Assembly: GCA_964016885.1 (NCBI GenBank)
Contig: OZ024740.1
Location: 412,672,001 to 412,736,000, forward strand
Length of the DNA: 64,000 nucleotides
From: Eledone cirrhosa
Taxonomy: Eukaryota
Direction: 5' to 3'
In this document: piece after piece, positions 40,183 through 52,486 of the stretch
Numbering within the stretch: position 1 is the first letter of the stretch
Layout of the letters: each line of letters opens with the position of its first letter
Made by a program: the position numbers and the translations under genes
The notes under the pieces: model-generated
Databases searched by the model: none
The model's input: the letters and a program-made list of their open reading frames with translations, nothing else
What the model was told of the DNA's origin: nothing

Positions 40183-40990
40183 AAAATAAAAATTAAAATT
40201 AAGGGTTGTCATGTCTGAGAGAATAAGCTCAAATAATAGATCCGAGCATTAAATATCAACTAGAAATATATTGACATATATATATATAAAATAAATACAT
40301 AAAACAATCACAGGGAATAATTTGTAAAGAATGTAAGCACACATAGCTAGGTAGGTAACTAATTAAAGTTTAACTAGAACTTCAAATATAGATACCTTTT
40401 AAAATGATTAATCTCCTTTGTATATATTTCTTTAAGTAAGAAATATATTTCACCTATTAACCCGTAAATCACAGTCTCTCAGACACGACAACCCTTAATT
40501 TTAATTTTGGATATATATACGGCCCCTTGATTGTTGAGCTAATTCAGTTGAATAGGCGATTGTTGAGCTAATTCAGTTGAATAGGCTCGGCTGCTATTTC
40601 TGGCTGTCAATGGTTCTATTCACGCCACTGGGATGACGTTGTTCAACGAGTGTAATTTTTAAACGAATGCAACATGTGGTTCGAATCATTCACATATTTG
40701 CATTTGCTGTGTAAACACAGATGGTTATTTTCTTCTCCTTTGGTGAACATCCAAGAATTTAACAGCTGTGATTTACGGATTAATAAGTGTAATATATTTC
40801 TTACTTAATGAAATATATACAAAGGAGATTAATCATTTTAAAAGGTACTATCTATATTTGAAGTTCTAGTCAAACTTTAATTTGTTACCTACCTAGCTAT
40901 GTGTGCTTACAATCTTTACAAATTATTCCCTGTGATTGTTTCATGTATTTATTTTATATATATATATGTCAATCTATTTCTAGTCGATAT
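40085..40990. mobile_element. Family F: cluster of direct and inverted fragments of a non-coding PLE-type 3' end
   Basis: CTCTCAGACA.GACAACCCTTAATTTTAATTTT at 40085 and 40475, inverted at 40181-40222; ~40253-40474 inverted relative to ~40766-40990; further fragment at ~23915-23968. Confidence 0.8.
40734..40828 (+). ncRNA. Degenerate type I hammerhead (family F)
   Basis: 9-bp stem I UCUCCUUUG/CAAAGGAGA encloses GUGAACA (2 mismatches to CUGAAGA), a 60-nt stem II region and GAAA-UAUA-UA. Confidence 0.5.
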
Positions 40991-41099
40991 ATATATATAT
41001 ATAAGTAGATAAAACAATATTAAAGCGTTTAAATATTTATTTAAAGCTCAAATGTGGTTTATTTTATATCCAGAATAACTACAGATATTTCAGACGGAA

Positions 41100-41770
41100 A
41101 TCCAGTTGGTATAATTCCGGTTATCTTCGATTTAAATCACAGAACTTAAATTAACTAATCAGTAAGTCACCAAGTTCAACAGTTAATACATTATTTATTT
41201 GATCTATACGTGCTCCATTCCCTTAGGATATTACGCGCAATATCCTTATAAATAAATCGGGATTTGTTTGGACAAGAATACATTTTTCGTTTCACTCTTC
41301 ACTTTTTCGTTCTGTCTCTAAATATTACTCGATCATCCATCATTCATCTCTAGTTAATACTTTATGCAAGAATTTTGGTTCAATTCCGCGTGTTTCCATC
41401 ATAACTGGTTTGCCCTGTGCTCCACAGTCAAGTGTTTGGGCACTAGCTTTGCACAAAGGTTTCGAACGAGCATATGGTCTGTTAAAATTCTATGCACTGC
41501 AATGTTATCAGGTCGTTTCTACTGCAATCATCCTGGAACATAATCGGTAATATTTTCCCAACAACCCTCGCACTACCTCCACACTTTGTTCCTTTGTTGG
41601 AGATATTGGCCGTTCAGAACGACGTTTGTATTCATTTCCTCAGCCCTCTTTCAAATCGTTTGCCACTTAAAATCTGTACTTCTCGATAATACAACATCTC
41701 CATAAGCTTGTGTTAAATAATTAAATGTTTGAACGCGTACTATTGCTCAATATCTTCCTACATCATAAAC
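41100..41770 (-). pseudogene. Decayed mariner transposase fragment
   Basis: Minus-strand remnants QAYGDVVLSRSTDFKW, VHRILTDHMLVRNLCAKLVPKHLT (WVPHEL-like) and FLHKVLTRDE*W (ITGDETW-like). Confidence 0.7.
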
Positions 41771-43532
41771 GTAACAGTTGTTTTAAATCCGTCTCTACAT
41801 AAACAAAAATAACACACGACTGCGTCACTCGATCATGTCGAAACAAATTTGTACGTGTACACAACGCCATACTCATGTTTATAATCATGTGCGTGGTACT
41901 CCATTAACATGTTGTACATAGAAAAATCAGCATTCTTGCGTTTGAGACAAACTTTGTATATTTATGTTTTGGACGGTGAAGTATATGTGCAGGTGTATTT
42001 TAATCTCAATATAAAATAATTTCACAAATATTACATGATCTATGTATTTTGAAGACAACAACCAAAAAAGTCGACATTTCTTGTTACCATAGCAGAGTAG
42101 ATCAGTTGCCTTTTGAGTTGGTATTTATATCATAAGTATCAATGTAGTAACACATATCAGAAAATGTTGAATTAACAATAAACGATCTCTACATATCTAT
42201 TTTTACATTAATTATGATATATTTATTTAACTAGATTTTACATTCATATACATGCCTAGATAGGTTCAGTAGCGTATAGATTTCAATGTTTAAGCGCCAC
42301 ATATTTGGCATTTAAAACCCTGCACTCATCGCATTTAATTTCAATCCTTTGTGGGTGATATAGTAAAGATCACATACGTACTAGCGTTAAATGTAATCAA
42401 TGAATCTATATAGCGTATTATGAGGGACATGAAATAGTATTTTTATTTATTCGATTAAATTTGTCCATGTGACATAGATTATTTAATCATCACCATCATA
42501 TTTTATTCTCGGTATGGATGTGTCAAAACATCAAATTTCGTGGGATGCTATATTCTATTAAGTTTGACTGTTATTCTATTTATTAATCTCATTATTAAAA
42601 ACATTGCGAAATGGGAATTTAGACGTCCATTGATAGCCGTATATGATGTAATTTCTTAAATGTATTAACTTCAAAATTAGACTAACTTAGGTTTGAACAC
42701 AGTATAATGACTATTTTAATTAAAAACACTTCAAGGTAAGGAAAGTAACACCACTTTTTATCAGGGCTCATCCAATTGTTTGATAAAATTCAATTACAAA
42801 ATCTTATTCAAGTACTTCAAAGGATATCATAATTATAAATTAAGATAGATTGCATTCCCAGATAGTTTGTATGTGAATGAAAGTTTCAGGATAAGATGAA
42901 TCAGAAATGTGTATATATGGATTAGGGACATTATAAATACATGTTATATTTACCATAAATAATTTAATAATTCTATTATCTTCAATGATGTGAGATCAGT
43001 TGCCCAGCGTAAGACATTTAAATATCGTATCCAGCGTAAATGTAATAATTATACTGATGATTAATGAACGGTTTTGATGAAGTGATATTTCATAAGAATT
43101 AACGAAGCGATTAAAACAATTGATGATTTGGAAAACGATTCAATAGTGTTTACGGCTCTTAACAGTTCTGTGTACGCTAAAATTCGTATAAGTTATTTGG
43201 CTGTAACAAATGAAATTGCATGATATTCACTTAGAGAGGCATGCTCATGCTCATGCTCATACACACACACACACACACACGTTCATATGTATTACCAAAT
43301 GTTAATGCGAAAATGAATGCGGATGCGCGCCGCACAAATTGAATATATACAAATGGAATAGCATAGTATTTGCGTAGCTAACGAAAATATGTCAGTTTAG
43401 ACTATCCGCGCATTAACTAGAACGAGTTTCTGTTCTTGGGTGTTTAGCTGATGAAAACAAGTAAGTGAAACATATATCAAGGTTAAAATTGTAATATATA
43501 TATATATATATATATACTGACTTATATTCATC

Positions 43533-45658
43533 ATGCAGAAATAACATCTGAATATTTCTACAAAGAACATACCCGTACCAAGCAGGAAAACATACCTAAA
43601 ACTCCTGATTCAGAAAACAGACGCGTTCATTAAAAGGTTGCGTTGGCGTGCTTTTATTTCGATAATCCGCGAAAAGCAGACAACAAACAGGATAAATTTG
43701 GATTTAAAACCTATAATAAACCCCGTGTAAGCCAGCATTGCTACCCTTCGAAAATGATGTCTTGGAACTCATTCGGAGTATCAAATATCGGAATAGGAGC
43801 AATTCCTTCCAGCAAGACCTGAAGAATAGAATTCGTTCTATTAAGGATTCTAATGCCGTGCACGTCCATTCCGACAAAACTGGCAACCTATATCAAGTGG
43901 AGCGCAGTACTTACCATCAACTACTACATAATGCTGTAACTAAGGATTACCGTAAAACTATTCGGTGCGTCATCAATGAAATCAACGATATTGGGTTTAA
44001 AATCACATCTGATCTCAACATCCTGGAAAGGACTGAACCTCTGGACCCTATTCCTCCCCACTTTACCCTGAAGGATCACAAATCCAATTTTCCGAACAAC
44101 CCCTCTATTCGGCTTATTAACCCTACGAAGTCCGATTTAGGTAGACTTAGTAAAACGATTATTGATAGAATTATACCTGAAATTTGAAGTTTGGCCCCTC
44201 TTGCACTGTGGAACAATTCTTTCGCGGTGATTGATTGGTTCAACAGCATATGTAACAAGGAACATTGCCGTTTTATCCAATTCGTCATCAACAATTACTA
44301 CTCCTCCATCACTTTACCACTTCTACTTAGAGCTATCAATTTCGCTAAAACACTCACAGTGGTTAAGGATTTCGAAGTTGATGTCATCCTCAATGTCCGA
44401 AAGTCGGTGATTAATTTCGACGACTCTATTTGGATTAAAAATCCAATAGTACCCCATTCGACGTGATTATGGGCGCCAGTGATTCTGCGGAGGTTACTTA
44501 TCTTATCGGCCTATCCCTTCTTTTCACTATCAAGGATGAATTCCCCAACGCGGGCGGTGGTTTGTACCGTGACGATGGTCTTTTGACCATGACCAAGTGC
44601 GGAACTCGTGCTTGCGACAGGTTCAGAAAAGAACTCACAGCCTTCTTTAAAGGCTTTAACCTCTCTATACAGGTTGAGGCCAATCTCTCGGTCGTTAATT
44701 ACCGCGACGTTACCCTCAATTTATTGCATGGGTTGTATTACCCGTATAGAAAGCCGAATGATACGCTTAATTACATAAGTAAGCATTCCAACCATCCTGC
44801 CAGTATAACCAAGAACCTGGTAAGAAACGTTTCGTTGAGGCTTTCCCGTCTTTCCACCAACGAGCGTATTTTCAACGACCATTCCACTTATTACAATGAA
44901 GCTCTTGCTCGAAGTGGATTTGTCGATAAGGTAGCATATACAGAGTACGAAAATAGACCTAGAAGAAATAGATCCAGTCGCATTTGTTGGTATAACCCAC
45001 CATATAATATGGAGGTGGCCACACCATTAGCTAAGATCTTTCTTTCCCTTATTACGAAGCATTTTCCCCTACACATAAATATAGTAAAATTGTTAATAAA
45101 AATACTATTATAATTTCTTATTCTACGACTCCTAACCTTGCACATAACATCACAGCTTCAAATTTAGCTAAACTACCTAGCCGTAGGAGCACGTGCAACC
45201 CTGTAGTTAGTACTAACTGTAATTGTAGTAATCGGGTTGATTGACCCCTATCCGGGAAATGCCTCTCTAGTAACATTGTCTACAAATGTAAGGATGTAGC
45301 ACCCATGTCCCGTAGGGCCTACATAGGGTTAACCGCCAATAGATTCAAGCAGCGTTTCTACATGCATACCCATTCTTTTCGTTACCCTCTAAGAAGGAAT
45401 ATGACGTCACTTTCAGCTTATATCTGGAGTCTAAAAGACAACCACACCCAATATAAGTTACACTGGGAGATCCTAGCTAGGGCTAGATCGTATAACGGAA
45501 ATAAAAGACCATGTGACCTCTGCGCCACTGAGGCCCTGAAAATACTCTACGCCACAGACCACGTCTTAAACAAAAAATCTGAGGCAATTTCGGCTTGTAA
45601 ACATAAATTGCACAAAACTTTCCTGTATTACAGCCCCACGTTATACCCTAACGGATAG
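43533..45658 (+). pseudogene. PLE 2 polyprotein (RT + GIY-YIG) with several stops and frameshifts
   Basis: STKNIPVPS, FIKRLRWRA, SDKTGNLY, TLKDHKSNF..PSIRLINP, MGASDSAEV, GLYRDDGL, WYNPPY, CNCSNRVD*PLSGKC, IVY...YIGLT..RFKQRF, CDLCATE. Confidence 0.92.
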
Positions 45659-46280
45659 TACGATCTATACGTGGATATTTTACGTCTTGATGTGGGAGCT
45701 AAGTATATGTTTTGTTAATACCATTACTTATTTGCATAGGTAAGTATATATTACCTGTATGTTTTGTGAAGGTACGTATACCTTCTCGTACGTATATTTG
45801 ATTGTTTATGTTACGGCGTATAATTTTTCATATATTCTGGTAGATATGGTGTGGTTATGTGTATACGGGAGTTTTGCGTCTGTGTGAGTATGCAGGTTCG
45901 TACGTATGTAGGGTGTGTGTATATGTGTACTTCGTGTTTTGGTTGACTTACGTCTCCGAACATTCGTGTATTTACATGTAGGTATGTGTGTGCGCGCGCT
46001 TGTTATATACGTATTTAGTTATTTATATACGTTTATATAATTATTTACTTATTTGTATACACGCATACACACACACACATATTTATATGTGCGTGGCTTT
46101 GTATACCTATGGCAAGTGTTTTGCGTATGCTTGTGTATGCACGTATTTGTTTGCGTGTATGTATTTATTTATTTCTATTACTTCTGTATTGTATTTATTT
46201 ACTTTGTTCTTAACTCTGTAGCGGAGATTCATTCGGTCTCCTAGTTAACATTTTAGACTGCGACTTCTGCTTTACCATTT

Positions 46281-46525
46281 ACGTGGTTTTGTCTTTGCGT
46301 GCTATTGTTCTCCACGCTCCACATATGACGTATTATCTTCGTTTTTTTCGTTCATTGCCAGAGAACGTCTCTATGAACCACCTAAGAGAACATTAGTCTA
46401 CGACCTCCTTTATACCATAAACGTGGTTCTGTCTTTGCGCGTAATTGTTTTACACCGCTCCTATTAATGACGTATTATATTCGTTTTTTCCCGTTCTTTG
46501 CCAGCGAACGTTATCACGAACCAAA
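46281..46525. repeat. Two diverged ~140-bp tandem units in the PLE 2 3' UTR
   Basis: ACGTGGTT.TGTCTTTGCG...ATGACGTATTAT.TTCGTTTTTT...TTGCCAG.GAACGT at 46281 and 46421. Confidence 0.75.
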
Positions 46526-46604
46526 GTATCGTCTTCCTGTCTTCTTCCGGTTGCAACGATTTTTGAAATAATATCCACTTGTGCATTTACAGATTGACTT
46601 TGTT

Positions 46605-46655
46605 AGTTTCAGAAGATCCCGTTAAGGGTGAAAGCAACGATTATTTGCTTAAACT
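46605..46655 (+). ncRNA. Type I hammerhead at the 3' end of PLE 2, core U4->A variant
   Basis: AGUUU-CAGAAGA-u-CCC-guuaa-GGG-u-GAAA-GCAA-cgauuau-UUGC-UU-AAACU; all three stems form. Confidence 0.7.
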
Positions 46656-46671
46656 TTAATCTGTTATTGTA

Positions 46672-46738
<67 letters not shown>

Positions 46739-47125
46739 AGTTAATATAAATTAATATATGATAAACACATAAGTGTTTGTATTGCAAAAGACGAAGTTAG
46801 CTAGAATGAAATAAACTAATTAAAATAAATATAGTTTGTCTGTCTCGATAAAAATCAATAAAAACAAACCCATATTGGCAAAAGCCGTGATTCCTGGACA
46901 AATTTAAATTTCAAAATCCAAACCTGCTCTGTAGATGAATTTGAACTTCAAAACCTAAATATGTTTCGCAACGATGGTATAAAAAGTGAAATATTCAAAT
47001 CTTCTGTGCTTATCAACAGGAATCCAGAAAAATTAGGACATTTCACCTCCAAAAAATTTCACGGCTCAGAAATGCTTCTTTCTTTGAGCTAATTAATTGT
47101 AAATGACTGTTTGAGTTTAAAACTC

Positions 47126-47237
<112 letters not shown>

Positions 47238-47742
47238 TATATAATGGCAATAATAATTGCAGCTTTTTGTGAAACTTTATTTCATATTACAATTGTTTCT
47301 TTATCGCTCAGATAAGACTTGCTCAAGCTTTCGTATCTCGAATCCTAATCGACATTTCTTCAGACATGAGAGTTTATATGGAACCACGCATGTTAACTCT
47401 TATATCTGAAGGATCCGATCGTTTGATCAATCCCGAGCTGATCGATGTAGAAATTATTGTAACATGAAATAGTTTCATGATAGTCGCAATTCTTATTGTC
47501 ACACTATGTACACTATGCAAACTATAGCCACCTTAAATCTGGTGCTCAACCCAACGAGAGACGGGCCCCATATCAGCATCGAGTACATCGACAAGCGCCG
47601 CCACTAATAACGACAAGTCAATAAACATAATAACCTATATATATAATAAAGAAGTATGTATGAACCCGTAGAAAATTATTTATAAAAGTAGTGATGAAAG
47701 TTCAAGCAAAGAATTCTGCTTTCACCCTATTACGGAAAAGTC

Positions 47743-47773
<31 letters not shown>

Positions 47774-47840
47774 CCACACGTATATTATATATATATTATA
47801 TATATATTATATATATATTATATATATATATATATTTTTA

Positions 47841-48155
47841 TTTTATAGAAGAAGCTTCTACAGGACTAGTACTGTTTCATTCAGAAGAAATCTGAAGATT
47901 TCTTCTGAATGAAACAGTATATATTATATATATATTATATATATATTATATATATATATATATATTTTTTTTTTAAATTTTATGGAAGGAGCTTCTACAG
48001 GACTAGTACTGTTTCATTCAGAAGAAATCTGAAGATTTCTTCCGAATGAAACAGTACTAGTCCTGTAGAAGCTCCTTCTATAAAATAAAAAGAATTTACT
48101 CTGCCATGTATTGAGTACCTTACTGTTGTTATCCCCGACTCAACCCAGGACCTAC
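47841..48155. mobile_element. Family A elements: two palindromic inserts centred on an HHR core
   Basis: 47978-48088 is a ~50-bp-arm hairpin centred on CTGAAGA (48029), followed by tttcttccgaat-GAAAC-AGTACT-a-GTC; shorter copy at 47841-47918. Confidence 0.8.
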
Positions 48156-48333
48156 GTATATATATATATATATATATTGTTATACTTTGGGAGGGTCATG
48201 TTGCCAATAAGGAACACACGCACCAGTTGCTTTCACTTCAATTTATTATTATAATAAATTTATAATAAATTTATAAATTTATAAATTTCTGGTTGGTTGG
48301 TTGGTTCCACAACCAGATAGTTGTTTATATATT

Positions 48334-48376
48334 GTCATAGTTCTTTCGTCACACACTTTGTGACCTCTTCAGTGAC
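48334..48376 (-). ncRNA. Minimal type I hammerhead, PLE 3 pLTR
   Basis: Reverse complement of 55661-55703. Confidence 0.7.
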
Positions 48377-48578
48377 TGGGGATTCCTTTCTTTGTTTCTG
48401 TGCCTCTCCTTTGTTCTGTCCTACGCCATTTTGTTTCTGTGTGTGTGTTGTGTGCTCAGTCTGCGCATGCGCCACATCCGGGTGTCTGTGTGTGTTTATG
48501 TTCATTTATTTATTTGTTTATTTACAAGTTACTGGTTGGTTGTTTGTTCTATGTGTGTGTGTGTTTTCATTTTGTCCT

Positions 48579-51500
48579 TAATTGTAAGTTGTGATGTTGC
48601 TGTTCCACTCATATTTTCTATTCAATTTTGGTTGTAATTCTTTTATGTTTATTGCCTCTGTAATTTGTCTAAACATTGCCTCTTTTCTGTGTGTAGATTC
48701 TATTTTTATTTCTATGTTCTCTAATTTACCCTTGTGTTCTATTTTAGCATGTTGGTAGAGTACAGATGATTATTTACTATCTTGAAGGTCTTGCCAGTGT
48801 TCATTTATCCGTTCCCCTACACTACGAGCTGTCTCACCTATGTACACTATATTTTTGTCTCTACATTGTCCTTCAGTACATCTTATGCTATACACTACAT
48901 TTCTAGTTTTACAGTTAATATGGGGGCTTATTTTACAGGTTATAGATTTTTTATCTATACATGAGGGTCTTTGAAAAGGGGATGTCTTGCTAATAAGTGT
49001 TTTTATGGAAGTACCTGGTCTTTCTACTATCTTAATATTGAGTTTATGTTTATTTAGGGCCCTTCTAAATTTGTAAGCTAATTCCTCTCTAGGCGTTGTA
49101 TCGATGAACATTACACTCTGGTATTTATTGCTATCATACCATGAGTTTATTCTATTAGCCTTGTTCCTAGTTCTTTCTATTCTATTCCAAAATGTGCTCC
49201 TATACAAGGGGCAGGTCCCATTTATGTCATTATTTACCATTTTTTCCCATTTGGTTCTGGCTCCTCTATACACTCTGATTTTATCTCTCTGATTGTAGCC
49301 AGAGAACTGCATACGGTGGATGAAGTGTTGTATGTGTATCTCTAGTTCTTTGGGGTTGCACATGCGGGACACGTTTCTCATCACCCGTACCAAATCCGCA
49401 ATCAGTATGTTGATTTTGGTATGGTCCGAAACGGCCGAGTTTCGGTGGATCAGATGTTTGGAAGTCATGGGTTTGGCATAATGGGAATGGAGGTTTTGTT
49501 TTTTGTTATTAATGGTATCTAACCAGAGCTCTGTGTCTAGTACAGGTAATCGATGGTTGTGGTGTTTACTTGGGTAGCCTATAGTAACTCTAATGCTATG
49601 GTGGATGGAGTTAGCTATTTGCTGGATGCTTTCCATTGTCTTTTTCTCTAGTTCCTGAGTGTTCTCTAGTGGGGGTGTCTTAACTACGATGTTTATATCA
49701 TCAACGTAGCGGGAGTACATTATCAGGGTTAAGGGGTCTTCTAATTGTTCTTTAAGCTTAAGTTTAAGTCTACTGTCCCACCATACCATGAATAAGTTAG
49801 CTATGTCGCCTGCAATGCTAACACCAATGGCTGCTCCTTCCGCTTGGGCATATGTTTTCCCATTAAATTTGAACATATGTTCCTTAAGGGTTAGTTTTAT
49901 GCTGGCCCCTACCCCATGTGCAATCATTTTCTTCAGTTCATCGTGGTTTTCGGGTGTCCGTATGGCTCTGGTCCACCCGTTCCATCTATCTGTGTGGGTT
50001 TTCTTGGCCATTGATGTAATGGTAGGTGGTCTACCTCTTGCTGGTCTTGTAGGGCACAGGTTGCTAAGGTCATATGTCTCTAGGTAATTATTACTATAGG
50101 TAAGTTTAAGTAGGAGTCCCAGCTCACTGGTATCAATCCCACGGAACTCTACATTGCTCTCACTGATCATTTCTACGCATTTCTCCACAGCAAAATCCAC
50201 GTCAATAGATGGATACAGGGACACAACATCCATACTACCTATTATGCAGTTTGTTAGGTCCCTAGATCGTCGTTTACCCACGCCGATTCTGCTGATGAGG
50301 TCCTCCGTGCTGTCACATACATCAGGGGACATTTCGATGATGGGGCGTATGATCAGGGAGAGGAAGTAGGACAGTCTGTAGTTACTAGCAATGTTAGCTC
50401 CACAGACTGGCCGTGTTGGTGGTCCCGCGACAGGGTCACAGCCCGTTTTATGGTCTTTTCGAAGCCCATACAACGCCGGCACGTCATTGTTCCAGGCCTG
50501 GAAGTTGTTGGCAGTCCTTTTGTTGGGCTGCATTATATTCGTCCACATCACCATATGGGTATTGAGGGGTTTTTCTCTTTCCTCATGCTCCTGTGGTGTT
50601 ACCTCTCATGTGTTAGTGATGTGGGGTTGCATTGCCTGGATGTAGTTTGGCAGGCTGTCAACCGACATTCTGCCAGACTTGTCTGTTGGAAAGCATGCTA
50701 TCTCTCCATTACGCGAGGGCTGCATGAGCTTACTGAAGCCATTTGTAGATTTTTTTGCCAGTTGCTGGGCCTCCATTCTATTATGCTTCTTGCTATACTG
50801 TTCTATAATATTGCTAAGTTCGGATCTAGCTATACTAAACTGTGCTTCTGTTTGTTCATCGACCTGCGACGGCAATTGCGTGCGTTTGTTAAATGGTAAA
50901 GTCGTGGCGTGGACGCGTCGCAGGTCGAACGATTTATCGGAGGGATTATAAAAACTAGAGTTCCGAGCTGCTGCTTTATGTTTACTAGTGCTATTGTTAT
51001 TGTTAACTGTGTTGTTTCTATTTCTATTTCCACCAACAGCCTCATGGTTGTTTCTATGTCTCTCATAATTACTCCTGTCTCTTTCCACTGGCTCATTGTT
51101 GTTATCTACCCTATTTTGTGTGTCTGTGGGTTCGTCTTGGTTATTTTCTTTGTCCTTAGTCTCCCTTCTCCTTTTAATCCTATTACTTTCCCTTATTTCT
51201 GTGATTTCTGTGCTACTGTCATTACTTGTTCTCTGTGTCTGTGTGTTTGTTAAGATTGTGGTGGTGGTGAGAGGCATTGAATGTGTGTGTGTTGTTGTTG
51301 TTGATGTGTGCTATTGTTGATGTGTGTTGTTGTTGTCTCCGTGTGTGTTATTATTGCTGTGTGTTGTTATTGTTGTTTGTGTCTGCGTGTCTGTTGTTGT
51401 TTCTGGGTATGTTATTATTGTTGTTGTTGTTGGTGTGTGTTGTTGTTATTGTTGTTTGTGGTTGTGTGTCTGTTGTTGTTGGGATGTGTGTTGTATATGT

Positions 51501-52275
51501 GTGTGCGTATATTGTTGCTTTTGTTTTTGTTTTTGTTTTTGAGGCTCCAGCGTAGTTTTGTAAATGATTTTTCTATTTCTGACAGACAACTAATCATATT
51601 TACCTTCTTGAATGTCGCATACTTAGGTGGAAGTTGTAATGCAGATAATTCATCGTTATCTATTATTGTGTTGCCGTATATATTTGTGTTGTTGTTGTTG
51701 TTGAACTCATCTGTTAATGAGGTGTCGGCCATATTTATACCGTCAATTTTGTCGGGATATCTATTGGTATTCTCTATAGTATCCTGATTTAGCTTTATCT
51801 GCTTAAGCCACTTTAGTTTCTTGTTAAGGTGCTTATCACATTCTTGAGTAATGTACTGTTCTTCAGGACGTATAAGGCTTATAAATATTAGTTTCTCTCT
51901 TGGTGTGGTGATCCTAGCTATTACTTGTATTAGGTTACGCTTATGTTTTTCTTGATGACTTAATTCTCTATAGATCTTCTTTTTTATGTTTAGAATTAGT
52001 GTTCGTTTTAGCCTATCTGCTTGTTTTTTGGTGAGTTGTAATCTTCTTACGTCGGTGTTGATGGTGTTGGTGTAAACTCGGGACGAGGCACATTCTTTTA
52101 TGAAGTGTAGTTGTCGAGATGTTATGGTTTTTCGTAGACAACAGAACATGGCGGTTTTCAGTATCTTGTTAGCCTGGCTAAGGCTTACGATATTTCGTTT
52201 CTGAATTTGTTTAGCAAGATTCTTTATCTGAAATCGTATGTTGAAACCGATATTGTTATACTTTGGTAGGGTCAT
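48579..52275 (-). pseudogene. PLE 3 polyprotein (N-terminal region, Asn/Thr-rich insert, RT, GIY-YIG), interrupted
   Basis: ORF pieces 52299-51415, 51277-50606 and 50554-48770: TKLRW, TDKSG, PALYGLRKDHK, RPVCGA, DVVSLYPSI, GAAIG..IANLFM, RYVDD, HYAKPM, VVYSIRC...YIGETAR. Confidence 0.92.
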
Positions 52276-52409
52276 GTTGTCAGTAAGAAACACACGCACC
52301 GGTTGCTTTCACTTCAATTTATTATTATAATAAATTTATAATAAATTTATAAATTTATATATTTCTGGTTGGTTGGTTGGTTCCACAACCAGATAGTTGT
52401 TTATATATT

Positions 52410-52452
52410 GTCATAGTTCTTTCGTCACACACTCTGTGACCTCTTCAGTGAC
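52410..52452 (-). ncRNA. Minimal type I hammerhead, PLE 3 upstream pLTR
   Basis: Reverse complement of 55661-55703. Confidence 0.7.
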
Positions 52453-52486
52453 TGGGAATTCCTTTCTTTGTTTCTGTGCCTCTCCT

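Larger units (their letters stand above)
43517..46678 (+). mobile_element. Naiad-type Penelope-like element 2, essentially full length, decayed, between (TA)n tracts
   Basis: ORF remnants followed by ~1-kb 3' UTR ending in an HHR-like motif and AATAAA. Confidence 0.92.
48178..52486 (-). mobile_element. Penelope-like element 3 (different clade; YVDD RT), full length with partial tandem pLTRs
   Basis: ~48178-48410 directly repeated at ~52253-52486; the pLTR includes the HHR and the ORF start ATGACCCT.CCAAAGTATAAC. Confidence 0.93.

Noticed and set aside
43445-43485. CTGATGA...GAAAC motif upstream of PLE 2
   Set aside because: No credible stem I or stem II pairing.
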